48,391 nucleotides of DNA. It comes from Eubacteriales bacterium (GTDB taxonomy: Bacteria > Bacillota > Clostridia > Oscillospirales > RGIG5299). Shown piece after piece: positions 7,887 through 19,545 of this stretch. Below the pieces are notes generated by a model. The model searched no databases and was not told the origin of the DNA. It saw only the letters and a program-made list of their open reading frames with translations. A program made the position numbers and the translations under genes. The stretch is from the NCBI GenBank assembly GCA_045648325.1, contig JAZRNU010000031.1, forward strand, positions 1 through 48,391, in the 5' to 3' direction. The first letter of the stretch is position 1; each line of letters opens with the position of its first letter.

Positions 7887-9236
7887 ATGTTATCATTTAA
7901 AAATGCATGGGAGCAGATGATAAATAAGCTTTCGGAGTATATTCCCGGAGCCGCTTTCGGTCTTTGGATAAAGCCTATCATTCCCGTGGATATATACAAC
8001 AACGAGGCAGTAATCTGCGTTAAAAACGATTTCACACGCGACGTTATTTTGCAGCGCTATTCGGGTCAGATCGAAGCGGCGTTAAGCGAGATACTCGGCT
8101 TTGAAATTAAGCTTCGTATTTACACCGAGGACGATAAGCCGAAGAATATGGTTATCAAAATGCCTAAAGAGGCTGCCGAAAAGCCTTTGGATGAAAAGCC
8201 GGGTATTTACAACGAAAGATCCTACACGAACTACACCTTTGATAACTTCATTGTAGGAAATTCAAACACCTTTGCACACGCAGCCTGCGTTGCGGTTGCA
8301 AACCGTCCCGGAATGATATATAACCCACTTTTTATATACGGCGACAGCGGCCTTGGCAAAACCCACCTTTTAAATGCAATTCGAAACAAGCTTGAAAACG
8401 AATATAAGGGTGCGGAAATAGTTTATTTGAAGTGCGACGACTTTGTTAACGATATGGTTCGCTCTCTCCAGTCGGGCACAATGAACGAATTTAAGGATAA
8501 ATACCGCAAGGCAGACGTTTTACTCGTTGACGATATTCAGTTCATAAGCAAGTCGGAAAGCTTCCAGGAGGAGTTTTTCCACACCTTTAACGCACTTTAC
8601 GAATCGGGCAAGCAGATAATCTTAACCTCTGACCGTCGTCCAATGGAAATTCCTCTTCTTACCGAAAGACTTCGCACGAGATTTGAATCGGGCCTTATTG
8701 CAGACATTCAGTCACCCGACTACGAGCTTCGCATTGCAATTATAAGAACAAAGCTTGAGCCTTACAGAGTAACCCTTTCGGAGGATATAATCTTCTTCCT
8801 TGCCGAAAAGCTCAAAAACAACGTCCGTCAGCTTGAGGGCGTTATCAAAAAGCTCATGGCATTTTACGATCTTACAAACACAATGCCCACTCTTGCCCTT
8901 GCGCAGGACGCATTAACCGAAATAATGAATGAAAACATTCCCGTTTCGATAATAATCGACAAGGTGCTTGTTGAAACCAGCCGTTATTTTGAGGTTTCAA
9001 TCGACGATTTAAAGAGTAAAAAGAGAACCGATAAAATCGCAAGCGCCCGTCAGATAGGTATGTACGTTCTTTCGGAAATGTCGGATCTTTCTCTTAACGA
9101 AATAGGTAAGGAATTCGGAGATAAAGACCATTCAACCGTTCACCACTCGTTAAAGGTTATTGAAGAAAGCTTAAGAAAAAATCCCAAGCTCCGCCATTCA
9201 ATTGATGAAATTATTTCAAACGTCAAAAATAAGTAA
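7887..9236 (+). CDS. dnaA: chromosomal replication initiator DnaA
   Basis: 449 aa. Has the AAA+ Walker A GDSGLGKTHLL, VDDIQF Walker B, a sensor region, and C-terminal DnaA signature with KDHSTVHHSLKVI. GGAGGG RBS. Confidence 0.98.
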   Translation: MLSFKNAWEQMINKLSEYIPGAAFGLWIKPIIPVDIYNNEAVICVKNDFTRDVILQRYSGQIEAALSEILGFEIKLRIYTEDDKPKNMVIKMPKEAAEKPLDEKPGIYNERSYTNYTFDNFIVGNSNTFAHAACVAVANRPGMIYNPLFIYGDSGLGKTHLLNAIRNKLENEYKGAEIVYLKCDDFVNDMVRSLQSGTMNEFKDKYRKADVLLVDDIQFISKSESFQEEFFHTFNALYESGKQIILTSDRRPMEIPLLTERLRTRFESGLIADIQSPDYELRIAIIRTKLEPYRVTLSEDIIFFLAEKLKNNVRQLEGVIKKLMAFYDLTNTMPTLALAQDALTEIMNENIPVSIIIDKVLVETSRYFEVSIDDLKSKKRTDKIASARQIGMYVLSEMSDLSLNEIGKEFGDKDHSTVHHSLKVIEESLRKNPKLRHSIDEIISNVKNK

Positions 9237-9242
9237 TCAGAA

Positions 9243-9481
9243 TTATCAACACAATTATCAACATACCTTTTGAAAAGCCTGTGGCAAAATACGAAAATTT
9301 GTACTGTTTATTAAAATTATCAACACAATTATCAACATCTTTTAACCGTAAACTGTTAATTGCAGTTGAATAACCTTTAAATTAAAATCAAAAAAGTTAT
9401 CAACAAAATTCATCACACTCTTAAAAAATTTTTTAAACAGCCAAAAGCTATTATATACCGTGCTTTACGGGCTTATCAACA
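9243..9481. other. oriC DnaA-box cluster (dnaA-dnaN intergenic), followed by an AT-rich candidate unwinding region to ~9545
   Basis: Six perfect TTATCAACA boxes in one orientation, at 9243, 9255, 9317, 9329, 9397 and 9473. The 23-mer aattatcaacacaattatcaaca occurs twice (9241-9263 and 9315-9337). An AT-rich tract spans 9481-9545. Confidence 0.8.
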
Positions 9482-9558
9482 AAATAAACAACCATAATAG
9501 TATAAGAAAATTTAAAGAATTATATTACATTACTTTAAATGAAAGAGGAAAGAAAGCT

Positions 9559-10665
9559 ATGAAATTTTCCTGTGAAAGAGATTATTTGTTTGAAGCAGTT
9601 TCGGCTGCAATGAGAGCAGTTGCCACAAAGGCGGCAAATCCCGCGTTGGAGGGTGTTTACGTTTCGGCGGAAAAGGATTCGGTTAAGATAATAGGCTATG
9701 ACGGCGACATTGCCGTTTCAGCGGTTTGCGATGCAATAGTTGCCGAGGAGGGAGCAGTTGTTTTAAATTCTCACCTCTTTTCTGAAATGCTTCGCCGCTT
9801 TGATAAGGGCACCGTTGATATATCCTGCGATAACGCATTTTTTACCGACGTAAAAAATAACCTCACAAACTATAAGATAAACGGCATCTCACCCGATGAT
9901 TACCCCTCACTCCCCGAAATGAGTGCGGAAAATTCACTTCGTTTTCCTCAGAACGTTTTAAAGAGCATGCTCAAGCAGACTGTGTTTTCAATGAGCAACG
10001 CCGAAACGAAGCCCATTTTGAACGGCTGCTTCTTTCACATTGAAGGCTCGCTCGTTAAAATCGTTGCGGTTGACGGATACCGTGTTGCCATAAGAGAAGA
10101 AATAATCGACACCGGCAGTGTTGAGTCCACCTCGTTTATCGTTCCCGCAAAAACAGTTAACGAGGTTTTAAAGCTTCTTTCCGATGAAGAGGGCAAAACA
10201 GTTTACATAGAGCATACAAGACGTCAGATAATTTTCAAAATCGGCGGCGTAACCCTTATTTCCCGTCTTATTGAGGGTGAATATATAGATTATGCCACCA
10301 TTGCAAATAAAAAGACAACCATCGACTGCCGCCTTGACCCCAAGGAATTTTTGGCAGGCATTGAAAGAACAGCCCTTCTTACAAACGAAAAGCTCAGAAT
10401 GCCCATTCGCGCCGTCTTTGAGGGCGACAGAGTTTTACTTAACTGTAAGACCGTTCAGGGCTGGGTCCACGATGAGATCGCATGCAAGACCGTCGGCGGT
10501 GAGCTTGAAATCGGTTTTTCCGATAAATTTATGTCCGACGCCCTTCGCGTAATCGGCGACGATGAGATCTACGTCCGTTTGGACAGCAACCTTTCCCCGA
10601 TAGTTATCGAGCCCGTTTCGGGAACCTCTTACAAATTTATCATATTACCCGTAAGACTTAAATAA
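9559..10665 (+). CDS. dnaN: DNA polymerase III beta sliding clamp
   Basis: MKFSCERDYLFEAVSAAMRAV... is a typical DnaN N-terminus. AAAGAGGAAAG RBS lies before the ATG at 9559. The track start at 9460 lies inside oriC and is rejected. Confidence 0.95.
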   Translation: MKFSCERDYLFEAVSAAMRAVATKAANPALEGVYVSAEKDSVKIIGYDGDIAVSAVCDAIVAEEGAVVLNSHLFSEMLRRFDKGTVDISCDNAFFTDVKNNLTNYKINGISPDDYPSLPEMSAENSLRFPQNVLKSMLKQTVFSMSNAETKPILNGCFFHIEGSLVKIVAVDGYRVAIREEIIDTGSVESTSFIVPAKTVNEVLKLLSDEEGKTVYIEHTRRQIIFKIGGVTLISRLIEGEYIDYATIANKKTTIDCRLDPKEFLAGIERTALLTNEKLRMPIRAVFEGDRVLLNCKTVQGWVHDEIACKTVGGELEIGFSDKFMSDALRVIGDDEIYVRLDSNLSPIVIEPVSGTSYKFIILPVRLK

Positions 10666-10689
10666 TCCGCTTTTAAAAGGGTGAAAAAA

Positions 10690-11217
10690 ATGGAAAAATC
10701 CTCGGCGCTTGAAAGAATGCAATCGGAAACCGCTTATTTTAAAAACGTTTGCAAATATACCGTAAAAAACATCTTTAAATTTCAAATTGTATTTTTGTTA
10801 AAAAAGCCCGCAATTTACCTTTTGCCCTTTGCAACGATTATAACCTTTGTAATTCAGAATTACACCATTGCTCTTTTAATGGCAATTTTCACCTTGGTCT
10901 ATTACACCGTTTTACCTTTAACCTATTATCAGGGCGCCAAAAGAACGGTTAAGCTCATGGCTGAAAGAAACGGCGGCGAGGTTCCCGAAAACACCGTTAC
11001 CTTTACCGAAAGCGCTCTTTACAACACCACATCCGGTAAAACCGTTGGAGTTGAATACGGCGCGGTTAAAAGAGTTATGACTTTTAAAGACAGCTACTAC
11101 GTTGTTACAAAAACAAATCAGGCTTTTTTAGTTTCAAAAAACGGATTTGTTTTGGGAAATCCTGCCGATTTTCCCGCATTTATAAAGGAAAAAACAGAAA
11201 AAAAGGTAAAGGCGTAA
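10690..11217 (+). CDS. YcxB-like membrane protein (two TM helices plus a bacterial PH-like domain)
   Basis: Two hydrophobic helices (IYLLPFATIITFVI and IALLMAIFTLVYYTVLPL) are followed by a ...VTFTESALY...VEYGAVKRVMTFKDSYYVVTKTNQAFLVSKNGF pattern typical of the YcxB family. The start could also be the GTG at 10681. Confidence 0.55.
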   Translation: MEKSSALERMQSETAYFKNVCKYTVKNIFKFQIVFLLKKPAIYLLPFATIITFVIQNYTIALLMAIFTLVYYTVLPLTYYQGAKRTVKLMAERNGGEVPENTVTFTESALYNTTSGKTVGVEYGAVKRVMTFKDSYYVVTKTNQAFLVSKNGFVLGNPADFPAFIKEKTEKKVKA

Positions 11218-11236
11218 AAATTTTAAGGAGTAAAAG

Positions 11237-12415
11237 ATGAAGGTAAATTCGGTTTCTTATAAAGACTTTCGAAATTTGAATACCGAGCTTCATTTTTCCG
11301 ATGGCGTCAATCTGCTTCTTGGAAAAAACGGCGAAGGAAAAACCAACATCGCCGAGGGTATATGGCTTAATTCCGCAGGAAAAAGCTTTAAAAACGCAAC
11401 TGATAAGGAAATGATCTGCTTTGGAAAGCAAAAATCTGAAATCGTTTTGAACTATACCTCCGAAAGCCGTGAAAACGAGCTTCGCACCGTTTTGAACTAC
11501 GACGGCGGCAGAGAAATTTACGTAAACGGCGTAAGACTTCGCCGCACCGCAGATATGATAGGTCTTTTCTTTGCGGTAATGTTTACCCCGCTTACCCTCT
11601 CGATGATCGAGGACGGCCCCGCCGAGAGAAGAAGATTTACCGATATTGCAATAAGTCAGCTAAAGCCCGCTTATCTTCGCTCGCTTATGACTTATAATGC
11701 CGCGCTTTCCGAAAGAAATGCCTGCCTTAAATTGGTAAGGGATAAAAAGGCAACCGATTATCAGCTTCTTGCATGGGAATGTATGATGGCGCCCGACGGT
11801 GCAAGGGTAATCGGCGAGAGAAAAATGTATTTAAAGCGCCTTGCGGAAATTGCCGCAGAGGAATATGAAAAAATTACCGGCGGCAAGGAAAAGCTTACCT
11901 GCCACTACCAGAGCTGCGGCGGTCAGCTTGAGGCAAAGATTGACGAGGTTTCAAAGGAAATAAAGCCTTGGAACCGAAAGGAGCCTTACGGCTCTGTTAA
12001 CAAAATGGAGCTTTTCCCCATTGAAAACGGGTTGCTCCAAAAGGTTTTCGACTCGCGTAAACGAGATCTCAAGGAGGGAACCACCACGATAGGTCCCCAC
12101 CGCGACGATTTTGAAATATTTATCGACGGACGTCTTGCCCGCGACTTTGCATCGCAGGGGCAAAAGAGGTCGGCGGTGCTTGCCCTTAAGGCGGCGGAGT
12201 GTAGAATTATAAAGGAGGAAATAGGCGAGGATCCCGTTGTTATTCTCGACGACGTTCTTTCCGAGCTTGACTCCGCAAGAAGAAAATACGTGCTTGACAG
12301 CCTCTCAACAGGTCAGACTATTATTACCTCCTGCGAGGCGGCGCGTCTTGGCAGAGCCGCAAAGGGAAAGGTTTTTATTGTAAACGGCGGCGTTGCCACC
12401 GAAAAAACCGACTGA
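11237..12415 (+). CDS. recF: DNA replication and repair protein RecF
   Basis: 392 aa. Has the GKNGEGKTNIAEGI Walker A, the SQGQKRS signature motif, and VVILDDVLSELD Walker B. Confidence 0.95.
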   Translation: MKVNSVSYKDFRNLNTELHFSDGVNLLLGKNGEGKTNIAEGIWLNSAGKSFKNATDKEMICFGKQKSEIVLNYTSESRENELRTVLNYDGGREIYVNGVRLRRTADMIGLFFAVMFTPLTLSMIEDGPAERRRFTDIAISQLKPAYLRSLMTYNAALSERNACLKLVRDKKATDYQLLAWECMMAPDGARVIGERKMYLKRLAEIAAEEYEKITGGKEKLTCHYQSCGGQLEAKIDEVSKEIKPWNRKEPYGSVNKMELFPIENGLLQKVFDSRKRDLKEGTTTIGPHRDDFEIFIDGRLARDFASQGQKRSAVLALKAAECRIIKEEIGEDPVVILDDVLSELDSARRKYVLDSLSTGQTIITSCEAARLGRAAKGKVFIVNGGVATEKTD

Positions 12416-12508
12416 AAAGGGTAAATTTATACTCTCTGTATAATTTTTAATGAAAAATTGCAGTTTGTTGCGGTTTTTCAAATTTAAAATAGTAAAAGAG
12501 AATGCAAA

Positions 12509-12778
12509 ATGTATCTTCACATAGGAAATGAAAACACGGTAAACTCTGCCGATATAATCCTTATTCTCGACCTCGACAGTGCAATGACGGGTAAGGATAA
12601 CACCGGTCTTTTGAAAAGACTTTCGGCGGAGAACAAGGTCATCGACGCAACGGTCGACGGGCTCCCGAAAAGCTTGCTTTTATTGCAAAGCCAAAAGGGA
12701 GAAGAGGCTTATCTCTCGTCACTTGCAGCGTCAACACTTTTAAAAAGGCTAAAATCGGCGATATCGCCGTTTAAGTAA
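12509..12778 (+). CDS. remB: DUF370 protein, RemB/YaaB-like
   Basis: 89 aa. MYLHIGNENTVNSADIILILDLD...LPKSLLLL...YLSSLAASTLLKR aligns by eye with B. subtilis YaaB/RemB. It sits in the conserved position between recF and gyrB. Confidence 0.8.
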   Translation: MYLHIGNENTVNSADIILILDLDSAMTGKDNTGLLKRLSAENKVIDATVDGLPKSLLLLQSQKGEEAYLSSLAASTLLKRLKSAISPFK

Positions 12779-12807
12779 TAGACGACAGTCTGAAAGGATC
12801 TGAATGA

Positions 12808-14742
<1,935 letters not shown>

Positions 14743-14778
14743 AAAAATTAAGAATTTCAGGAATGGGAGAAGAGAGCT

Positions 14779-17304
14779 TTGGAACAGGATCTCATAAACC
14801 TTAACGAGGATTCAGCCGGAAAAATTATTCCGGTGCCGATAGAAAAAGAAATGAAGAACGCTTATATCGACTATGCTATGTCAGTTATAGTCGGCAGAGC
14901 GCTCCCCGACGTGCGCGACGGCTTAAAGCCCGTTCACAGAAGAATACTTTACACAATGTACGAGGCGGGACTTTTACCCTCGAAGCCTTACAGAAAGTCC
15001 GCTACCACCGTTGGTGACGTGCTTGGTAAATACCACCCCCACGGCGACCAGTCGGTTTACGACGCGATGGTAAGAATGGCGCAGACCTTCTCGCTTCGCT
15101 ATCCGCTTATTGACGGTCAGGGTAACTTCGGCTCAGTTGACGGCGACCCGCCCGCTGCTTACCGTTACACCGAGGCAAGAATGAGCAAGATGGCGGTGGA
15201 TATGCTCACCGACATCGAGAAGGAAACGGTTTCGATGACCCCCTCCTTCGACGAAAAGAACAAGGAGCCCGTGGTTTTACCCTCGAAGTTCCCCAACCTT
15301 TTGGTCAACGGCTCAAACGGTATTGCCGTTGGTATGGCAACGAGCATACCCCCTCACAATCTGCTCGAGGTAATCGATGCGATAGATTGCATTCTCGATA
15401 ACCCCGAATGCACCCTTATAGACCTTATGGAGCACTTAAAGGGCCCCGACTTCCCCACGGCAGGTATCATTATGGGAAGAAGCGGCATAAGAGCAGCCTA
15501 CGCCACCGGCAGAGGCAAGGTAAGAGTGCGCGCAAAGGCAGAGATCGAGGAGATTAAGGGACGTTTCAGAATTAACGTAACCGAGCTTCCTTATCAGGTA
15601 AACAAGGCAAGACTTATTGAGTCTATTGCAGACCTCGTTAAGGAAAAGAGAATCGAGGGCATTTCAGACCTTCGCGACGAATCCGATATTCACGGTATGT
15701 CGATGATAATCGAATTGAAGCGCGATGCAAATCCGCAGGTTGTTTTAAATAACCTCTATTCGATGACCCAAATGGAGGATACCCAGTCGATAATCCTTCT
15801 GGCGCTTGTTAACAACCAGCCGAAGGTAATGTCGATTCGCGAAATGCTCGATCATTACATAGATTTCCAGCGCGAAACTATAGTTAAGAGAACTCAGTTT
15901 GATTTGAGAAAAGCCTCTGCAAGAATGCACATAGTTGAGGGCCTTCGCAGAGCGCTTGACATTATCGACGAGATAATTTCCCTTATCCGCGCATCGAAAA
16001 ACACCGCCGCGGCAAAGGAAGGACTTGTTACCGCCTACGGATTTTCCGAAATTCAGGCTGAAGAGATCGTAAATATGCGTCTTGCAAGACTTACCGGACT
16101 TGCAAGAGAGGAGCTTGACGCGGAATACGCCGCTCTTGAAGCTGCCATTGCAGATTACAACGATATTCTCGCACGTCCCGAAAGAGTTACCGAAATTTTC
16201 CGCACCGAGCTTCACGCCATTGGCAAGAAGTACGGCGACGAGAGAAGAACTGAGATCTCCGCAATTGAAAACGAGATCGATATTGAGGACCTTATCGAGG
16301 AGCAGGATTGCGTTTACACCTATACTCACTTTGGTTATATCAAGCGTCAGCTTCAGGAAAGCTATAAGTCGCAGCGCAGAGGCGGCAGAGGCGTTTCCGG
16401 CATGAAAACCAGAGAAGAGGACTTTGCTGAAAAGATTTTCACGGGTACCACCCACGATTATATTCTTTTCTTTACCGATAAGGGCAGAGTTTTCAGAGTT
16501 AAGGGCTATGAAATTGCCGAATCGGGCAAAAATGCAAAGGGCACCAACATTGTAAACCTCATTCCCCTTGAAGCAGAGGAAAAGGTTTATACTATGATGA
16601 CCATTAAGGATTTCTCACCCGATCATTATCTCTTCTTCGTTACCAAAAACGGTACCGTAAAGAGAACTGCGCTTGAGGAATACAAAAACGTAAGAAAATC
16701 GGGACTTCTTGCAATCGGCCTTGACGAGGGCGACGAGCTTGTTTCCGTTCTTCTTACAAACGGAAGCGACAACGTAATGCTCGGCACCAAGGACGGTATG
16801 ATGATCCGCTTTGCGGAGGACGACGTTCGTCCCATGGGCAGAACGGCACACGGTGTAAGAGGTATGAAGCTCCGTGAGGGCGATGCAGTTGTCGGCGCAG
16901 GTCTTGACCGCGACGGCACAAGCGTTCTCACCGTTACCGAAAACGGCTCCGGTAAGAGAACCGACGTTTCCGAATACCGCATGCAGTCAAGAGGCGGTCT
17001 TGGTATTACCAACTACAAGCTTAACGATAAAACCGGCCTTGTTTCGGGCTTTAAGGTTGTAACCGGTGAGGAGGATATGATCCTTATCGCGTCAAACGGC
17101 GTAATTATAAGAACCGACGTAGGTAGCATCTCCGTTATCGGCAGAGCGACCTCGGGCGTTAGAATTATGAAGCTTTCAGATGAGGACGCAAAGCTCGTTG
17201 GCATTGCAACCGTTGAAAAGGAGCCCGAGGAGGAAGTATTTTCCGAAAATACCGAGGGTGCCGAGGCAGTAGCTGAAGAAGCAGCCGAGGTTGCCGCCGA
17301 ATAA
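14779..17304 (+). CDS. gyrA: DNA gyrase subunit A
   Basis: 841 aa. TTG start with a GGGAGAAGAGAG RBS. Has [12 protein letters not shown], the QRDR region [20 protein letters not shown], the active-site region AYRYTEARM, and an acidic C-terminal tail. Confidence 0.97.
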   Translation: MEQDLINLNEDSAGKIIPVPIEKEMKNAYIDYAMSVIVGRALPDVRDGLKPVHRRILYTMYEAGLLPSKPYRKSATTVGDVLGKYHPHGDQSVYDAMVRMAQTFSLRYPLIDGQGNFGSVDGDPPAAYRYTEARMSKMAVDMLTDIEKETVSMTPSFDEKNKEPVVLPSKFPNLLVNGSNGIAVGMATSIPPHNLLEVIDAIDCILDNPECTLIDLMEHLKGPDFPTAGIIMGRSGIRAAYATGRGKVRVRAKAEIEEIKGRFRINVTELPYQVNKARLIESIADLVKEKRIEGISDLRDESDIHGMSMIIELKRDANPQVVLNNLYSMTQMEDTQSIILLALVNNQPKVMSIREMLDHYIDFQRETIVKRTQFDLRKASARMHIVEGLRRALDIIDEIISLIRASKNTAAAKEGLVTAYGFSEIQAEEIVNMRLARLTGLAREELDAEYAALEAAIADYNDILARPERVTEIFRTELHAIGKKYGDERRTEISAIENEIDIEDLIEEQDCVYTYTHFGYIKRQLQESYKSQRRGGRGVSGMKTREEDFAEKIFTGTTHDYILFFTDKGRVFRVKGYEIAESGKNAKGTNIVNLIPLEAEEKVYTMMTIKDFSPDHYLFFVTKNGTVKRTALEEYKNVRKSGLLAIGLDEGDELVSVLLTNGSDNVMLGTKDGMMIRFAEDDVRPMGRTAHGVRGMKLREGDAVVGAGLDRDGTSVLTVTENGSGKRTDVSEYRMQSRGGLGITNYKLNDKTGLVSGFKVVTGEEDMILIASNGVIIRTDVGSISVIGRATSGVRIMKLSDEDAKLVGIATVEKEPEEEVFSENTEGAEAVAEEAAEVAAE

Positions 17305-17315
17305 GGGCTGATAAT

Positions 17316-18128
17316 ATGAAAAACACGCTAAAAAGGGTGGCTTTTGTTTTTGTCGCAGTGCTTGCTCTTGCAGCTCTTTCGGGCTGTAAGGGCGAGATAT
17401 CGGGAAAAGATCTTAAGGTCTTGCACGATGAAGGCGCGCAAAAAATCGCCGCCGAGAGCTTTCTTGAGCTTGTTGCCACCGAAACGATAGGAAACAACGA
17501 AACGGGCGCGGCATTTAAAGAGAGCTTTCAGTATATTTTAAAGAAAAACGAAAGCGGCAACAGAATAACGCTTTCACAGCAGTCGTCGGTAAAAAGCGGC
17601 TCGGAATATAAAAATTACGTTGAAAACAGCTACTATTACGACGGAAACACCCTCTACAAGCATCTTACTGCAATAACGGGTGAGTCGCAAAGCGAGCAAA
17701 AGAAGAAGATGACGCTTTCGTTTGACGAGGCAAAAAGCCTTCTTTTCGGGGCGGTAGCGTTTGAAGCGGCTGATTTTGAAATTTCAAACGTTTCAAAATC
17801 CGGAACGAGCTATATTTACGACGTAAACGGAATCTCCTTTGAAAAGGAAGATGCCGCCCGTCTTTACGCCGCGTTTTACGGCGAGGCGGAAATAAAGAGC
17901 TTTACCGTTAAAAACGGAAAGGGAATGTGCATAATAAGCGGCGACGGCTACCTTACCTACGATTATCTTCGCTTTGAGGTTGAGATAACGGCGGTAACCG
18001 AAAACGGTGAAAAAACCGTCACCCTTTTTGAGGAATTTGCCAAAAAGGCGGTTTCGGTAAGCGAGGGGATTGTTATCACCCCCTTGGTCACCACCGACAG
18101 CCAGAAGGCAGAATACACCGAAGAATAA
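17316..18128 (+). CDS. putative lipoprotein of unknown function
   Basis: Signal peptide with lipobox (FVAVLALAALSGC). No motif recognised in the mature part. Confidence 0.6.
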   Translation: MKNTLKRVAFVFVAVLALAALSGCKGEISGKDLKVLHDEGAQKIAAESFLELVATETIGNNETGAAFKESFQYILKKNESGNRITLSQQSSVKSGSEYKNYVENSYYYDGNTLYKHLTAITGESQSEQKKKMTLSFDEAKSLLFGAVAFEAADFEISNVSKSGTSYIYDVNGISFEKEDAARLYAAFYGEAEIKSFTVKNGKGMCIISGDGYLTYDYLRFEVEITAVTENGEKTVTLFEEFAKKAVSVSEGIVITPLVTTDSQKAEYTEE

Positions 18129-18133
18129 ACAGT

Positions 18134-18164
18134 AAACCGCAGGTGCAACCTGCGGTTTGATTTT
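18134..18164 (+). terminator. intrinsic terminator
   Basis: Stem aaaccgcagg / cctgcggttt with loop tgcaa, then gaTTTT. Confidence 0.7.
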
Positions 18165-18178
18165 GAAGGAGCGATTTT

Positions 18179-18943
18179 ATGCTTTTTGACACTCACGCTC
18201 ATCTCGACGGCGAGGAATTTGAAAAAAGTCGCGAGGAAATTATAAAGGAATTTGAGGAAAACGGAATATCTCTTGTTTTAAACGCGGGCGCAAGCCTCGA
18301 AGGGTCACTGAATGGCGCGGCGCTTGCAAAAAAGCATAAGGAGATATACGCCTCGGTGGGTATTCACCCCGAATATGCGGGAAAGGTGCCCGAAAATTAC
18401 CTTGAGATGCTTAAAAAGGAAGCAAAAGAGAACGAAAAGGTCGTGGCGATTGGCGAAATCGGGCTTGACTACCACTACGAGCCCTATGATGCGGCGGCGC
18501 AGGAAAAGCTTTTCAGAGAGCAGTGCGAGCTTGCAAGGGAGCTGATCCTTCCCGTTATCATTCACAGCCGCGACGCCTACGCCGACACCTTAAAGGTAAT
18601 TAAGGATTTTCCCGATTTGAAAAAGGTAATACATTGCTTTTCGGGCAACCTTGAAAATGCAAAGGAGCTTGTTTCGCTTGGCTGTTACATCTCCTTTACG
18701 GGGGTAATAACCTTTAAAAACGCAAAGAAATTCGTTGATATTTTAAGGTTCATGCCTCATGACCGCCTCTTTTTCGAAACCGATTGCCCTTATCTCTCAC
18801 CCGAGCCGGTAAGAGGCACGGTAAACAACCCAAATAATGTCAGGTATATAGTGATGAAGGCGGCGGAAACTATCGGGGTAGATTACGAAAGCCTCGCCGT
18901 TAAGACAACAGAGAATGCAAAGGAATTTTTCAATATAAAATAA
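18179..18943 (+). CDS. tatD: TatD-family metal-dependent hydrolase/DNase
   Basis: 254 aa. Has MLFDTHAHLD, AIGEIGLDYHY, PVIIHSRDA, IHCFSG and FETDCPYL. Confidence 0.92.
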   Translation: MLFDTHAHLDGEEFEKSREEIIKEFEENGISLVLNAGASLEGSLNGAALAKKHKEIYASVGIHPEYAGKVPENYLEMLKKEAKENEKVVAIGEIGLDYHYEPYDAAAQEKLFREQCELARELILPVIIHSRDAYADTLKVIKDFPDLKKVIHCFSGNLENAKELVSLGCYISFTGVITFKNAKKFVDILRFMPHDRLFFETDCPYLSPEPVRGTVNNPNNVRYIVMKAAETIGVDYESLAVKTTENAKEFFNIK

Positions 18944-18947
18944 ACGA

Positions 18948-18980
18948 GGACCGCTGTAATCACGGCGGTTTTTGTTTTTT
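18948..18980 (+). terminator. probable intrinsic terminator after tatD
   Basis: A short stem (accgc / gcggt) followed by TTTTTGTTTTTT. The stem is weak. Confidence 0.45.
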
Positions 18981-19023
18981 GCAAGCGCCACGGCGGCTCC
19001 CATTTTTGAAAATCCCACTGCGC

Positions 19024-19510
19024 GTGGGGCGCCTATTTCCGCTCAAGCCGCGGAGGCTCCCCTTTTCTCAAAGATGAGAAAAGTGGGAAAAGAATCTTTT
19101 TAAGGGGAAGGCTCCCCTATGCTCGCGAGAATAAAAGGGGTACAAAACACCTTACGCTTAAGCGAAATGCAAACGTCGCTTCGCGCCCTTTGCTATTTCT
19201 TATGCGTAAGGTAAGAACTCACAAAGCCAAAGGCTTTCGCCTCGCTCGCATCTACCCCTCTTTTGGTGCGAAGCCAAAGCTTTGTTGCGCAGGGTTTCAA
19301 AAGGGCGGTAGCCCTTTGGGGGATAGGCCCAAAAGCACTTTCTTTGGATAATATTTAATCTTTGGTAGCGCCGGGTAAGGGGGGAATCGAAATCCCCCCT
19401 TGCAAAAGGATCTTCTTTTCCCCTTTCTTGTATCCTTGCAAGAAAGGGGCGCCCCACGCGTAGTGGAAAAAAGAAGCCATTTGCGGCTTGAGCGGAAAGA
19501 AGCGCCCCGC
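19024..19510. repeat. non-coding, hairpin-dense element bounded by ~30-bp imperfect inverted repeats (MITE-like or a structured RNA locus)
   Basis: The left repeat 19024-19053 is gtggggcgcctatttccgctcaagccgcgg. The reverse complement of 19481-19510 is gcggggcgcttctttccgctcaagccgcaa, identical at 25 of 30 positions. An extra exact complementary 13-mer pairs 19021-19033 with 19448-19460. At least five internal stem-loops are present and no credible ORF. Confidence 0.55.
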
Positions 19511-19545
19511 GGCTTGATCGAAAATATAACCATCAAAAAGGAGCG

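Noticed and set aside
9460-9558. Track-proposed N-terminal extensions: dnaN from 9460, parA from 5417, 27133, 31335-34760, 42627-43571, 44018-44632, 38601-39335 and 35372.
   Set aside because: In each case an internal ATG with a good RBS coincides with the conserved family N-terminus or with a signal peptide. The extensions overlap oriC, promoters, terminators or upstream genes.
15745-16455. 236-aa antisense ORF inside gyrA. Similar long antisense ORFs occur at 12709-13182 (opposite gyrB), 27301-27876, 23451-24234 and 16626-17012.
   Set aside because: They lie opposite CDSs with unambiguous family signatures, have no RBS, and have low-complexity or odd composition. These are typical shadow ORFs of moderately GC-rich coding DNA.
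19200-19536. Two overlapping minus-strand ORFs (85 aa and 79 aa) in the tatD-deacetylase spacer.
   Set aside because: They have no RBS, are Arg/Pro/Gly/Lys-rich, and run through stem-loops and inverted repeats. I treat the region as non-coding repeat or structured DNA.
18981-19545. Possible known riboswitch (c-di-AMP/ydaO, c-di-GMP) upstream of the cell-wall deacetylase/amidase genes.
   Set aside because: GGGGGAAUC-like and CGUAAG-like words are present. The diagnostic ydaO segments (e.g. AGCUAACCUCGUAAGCG) and GEMM cores are absent on either strand.
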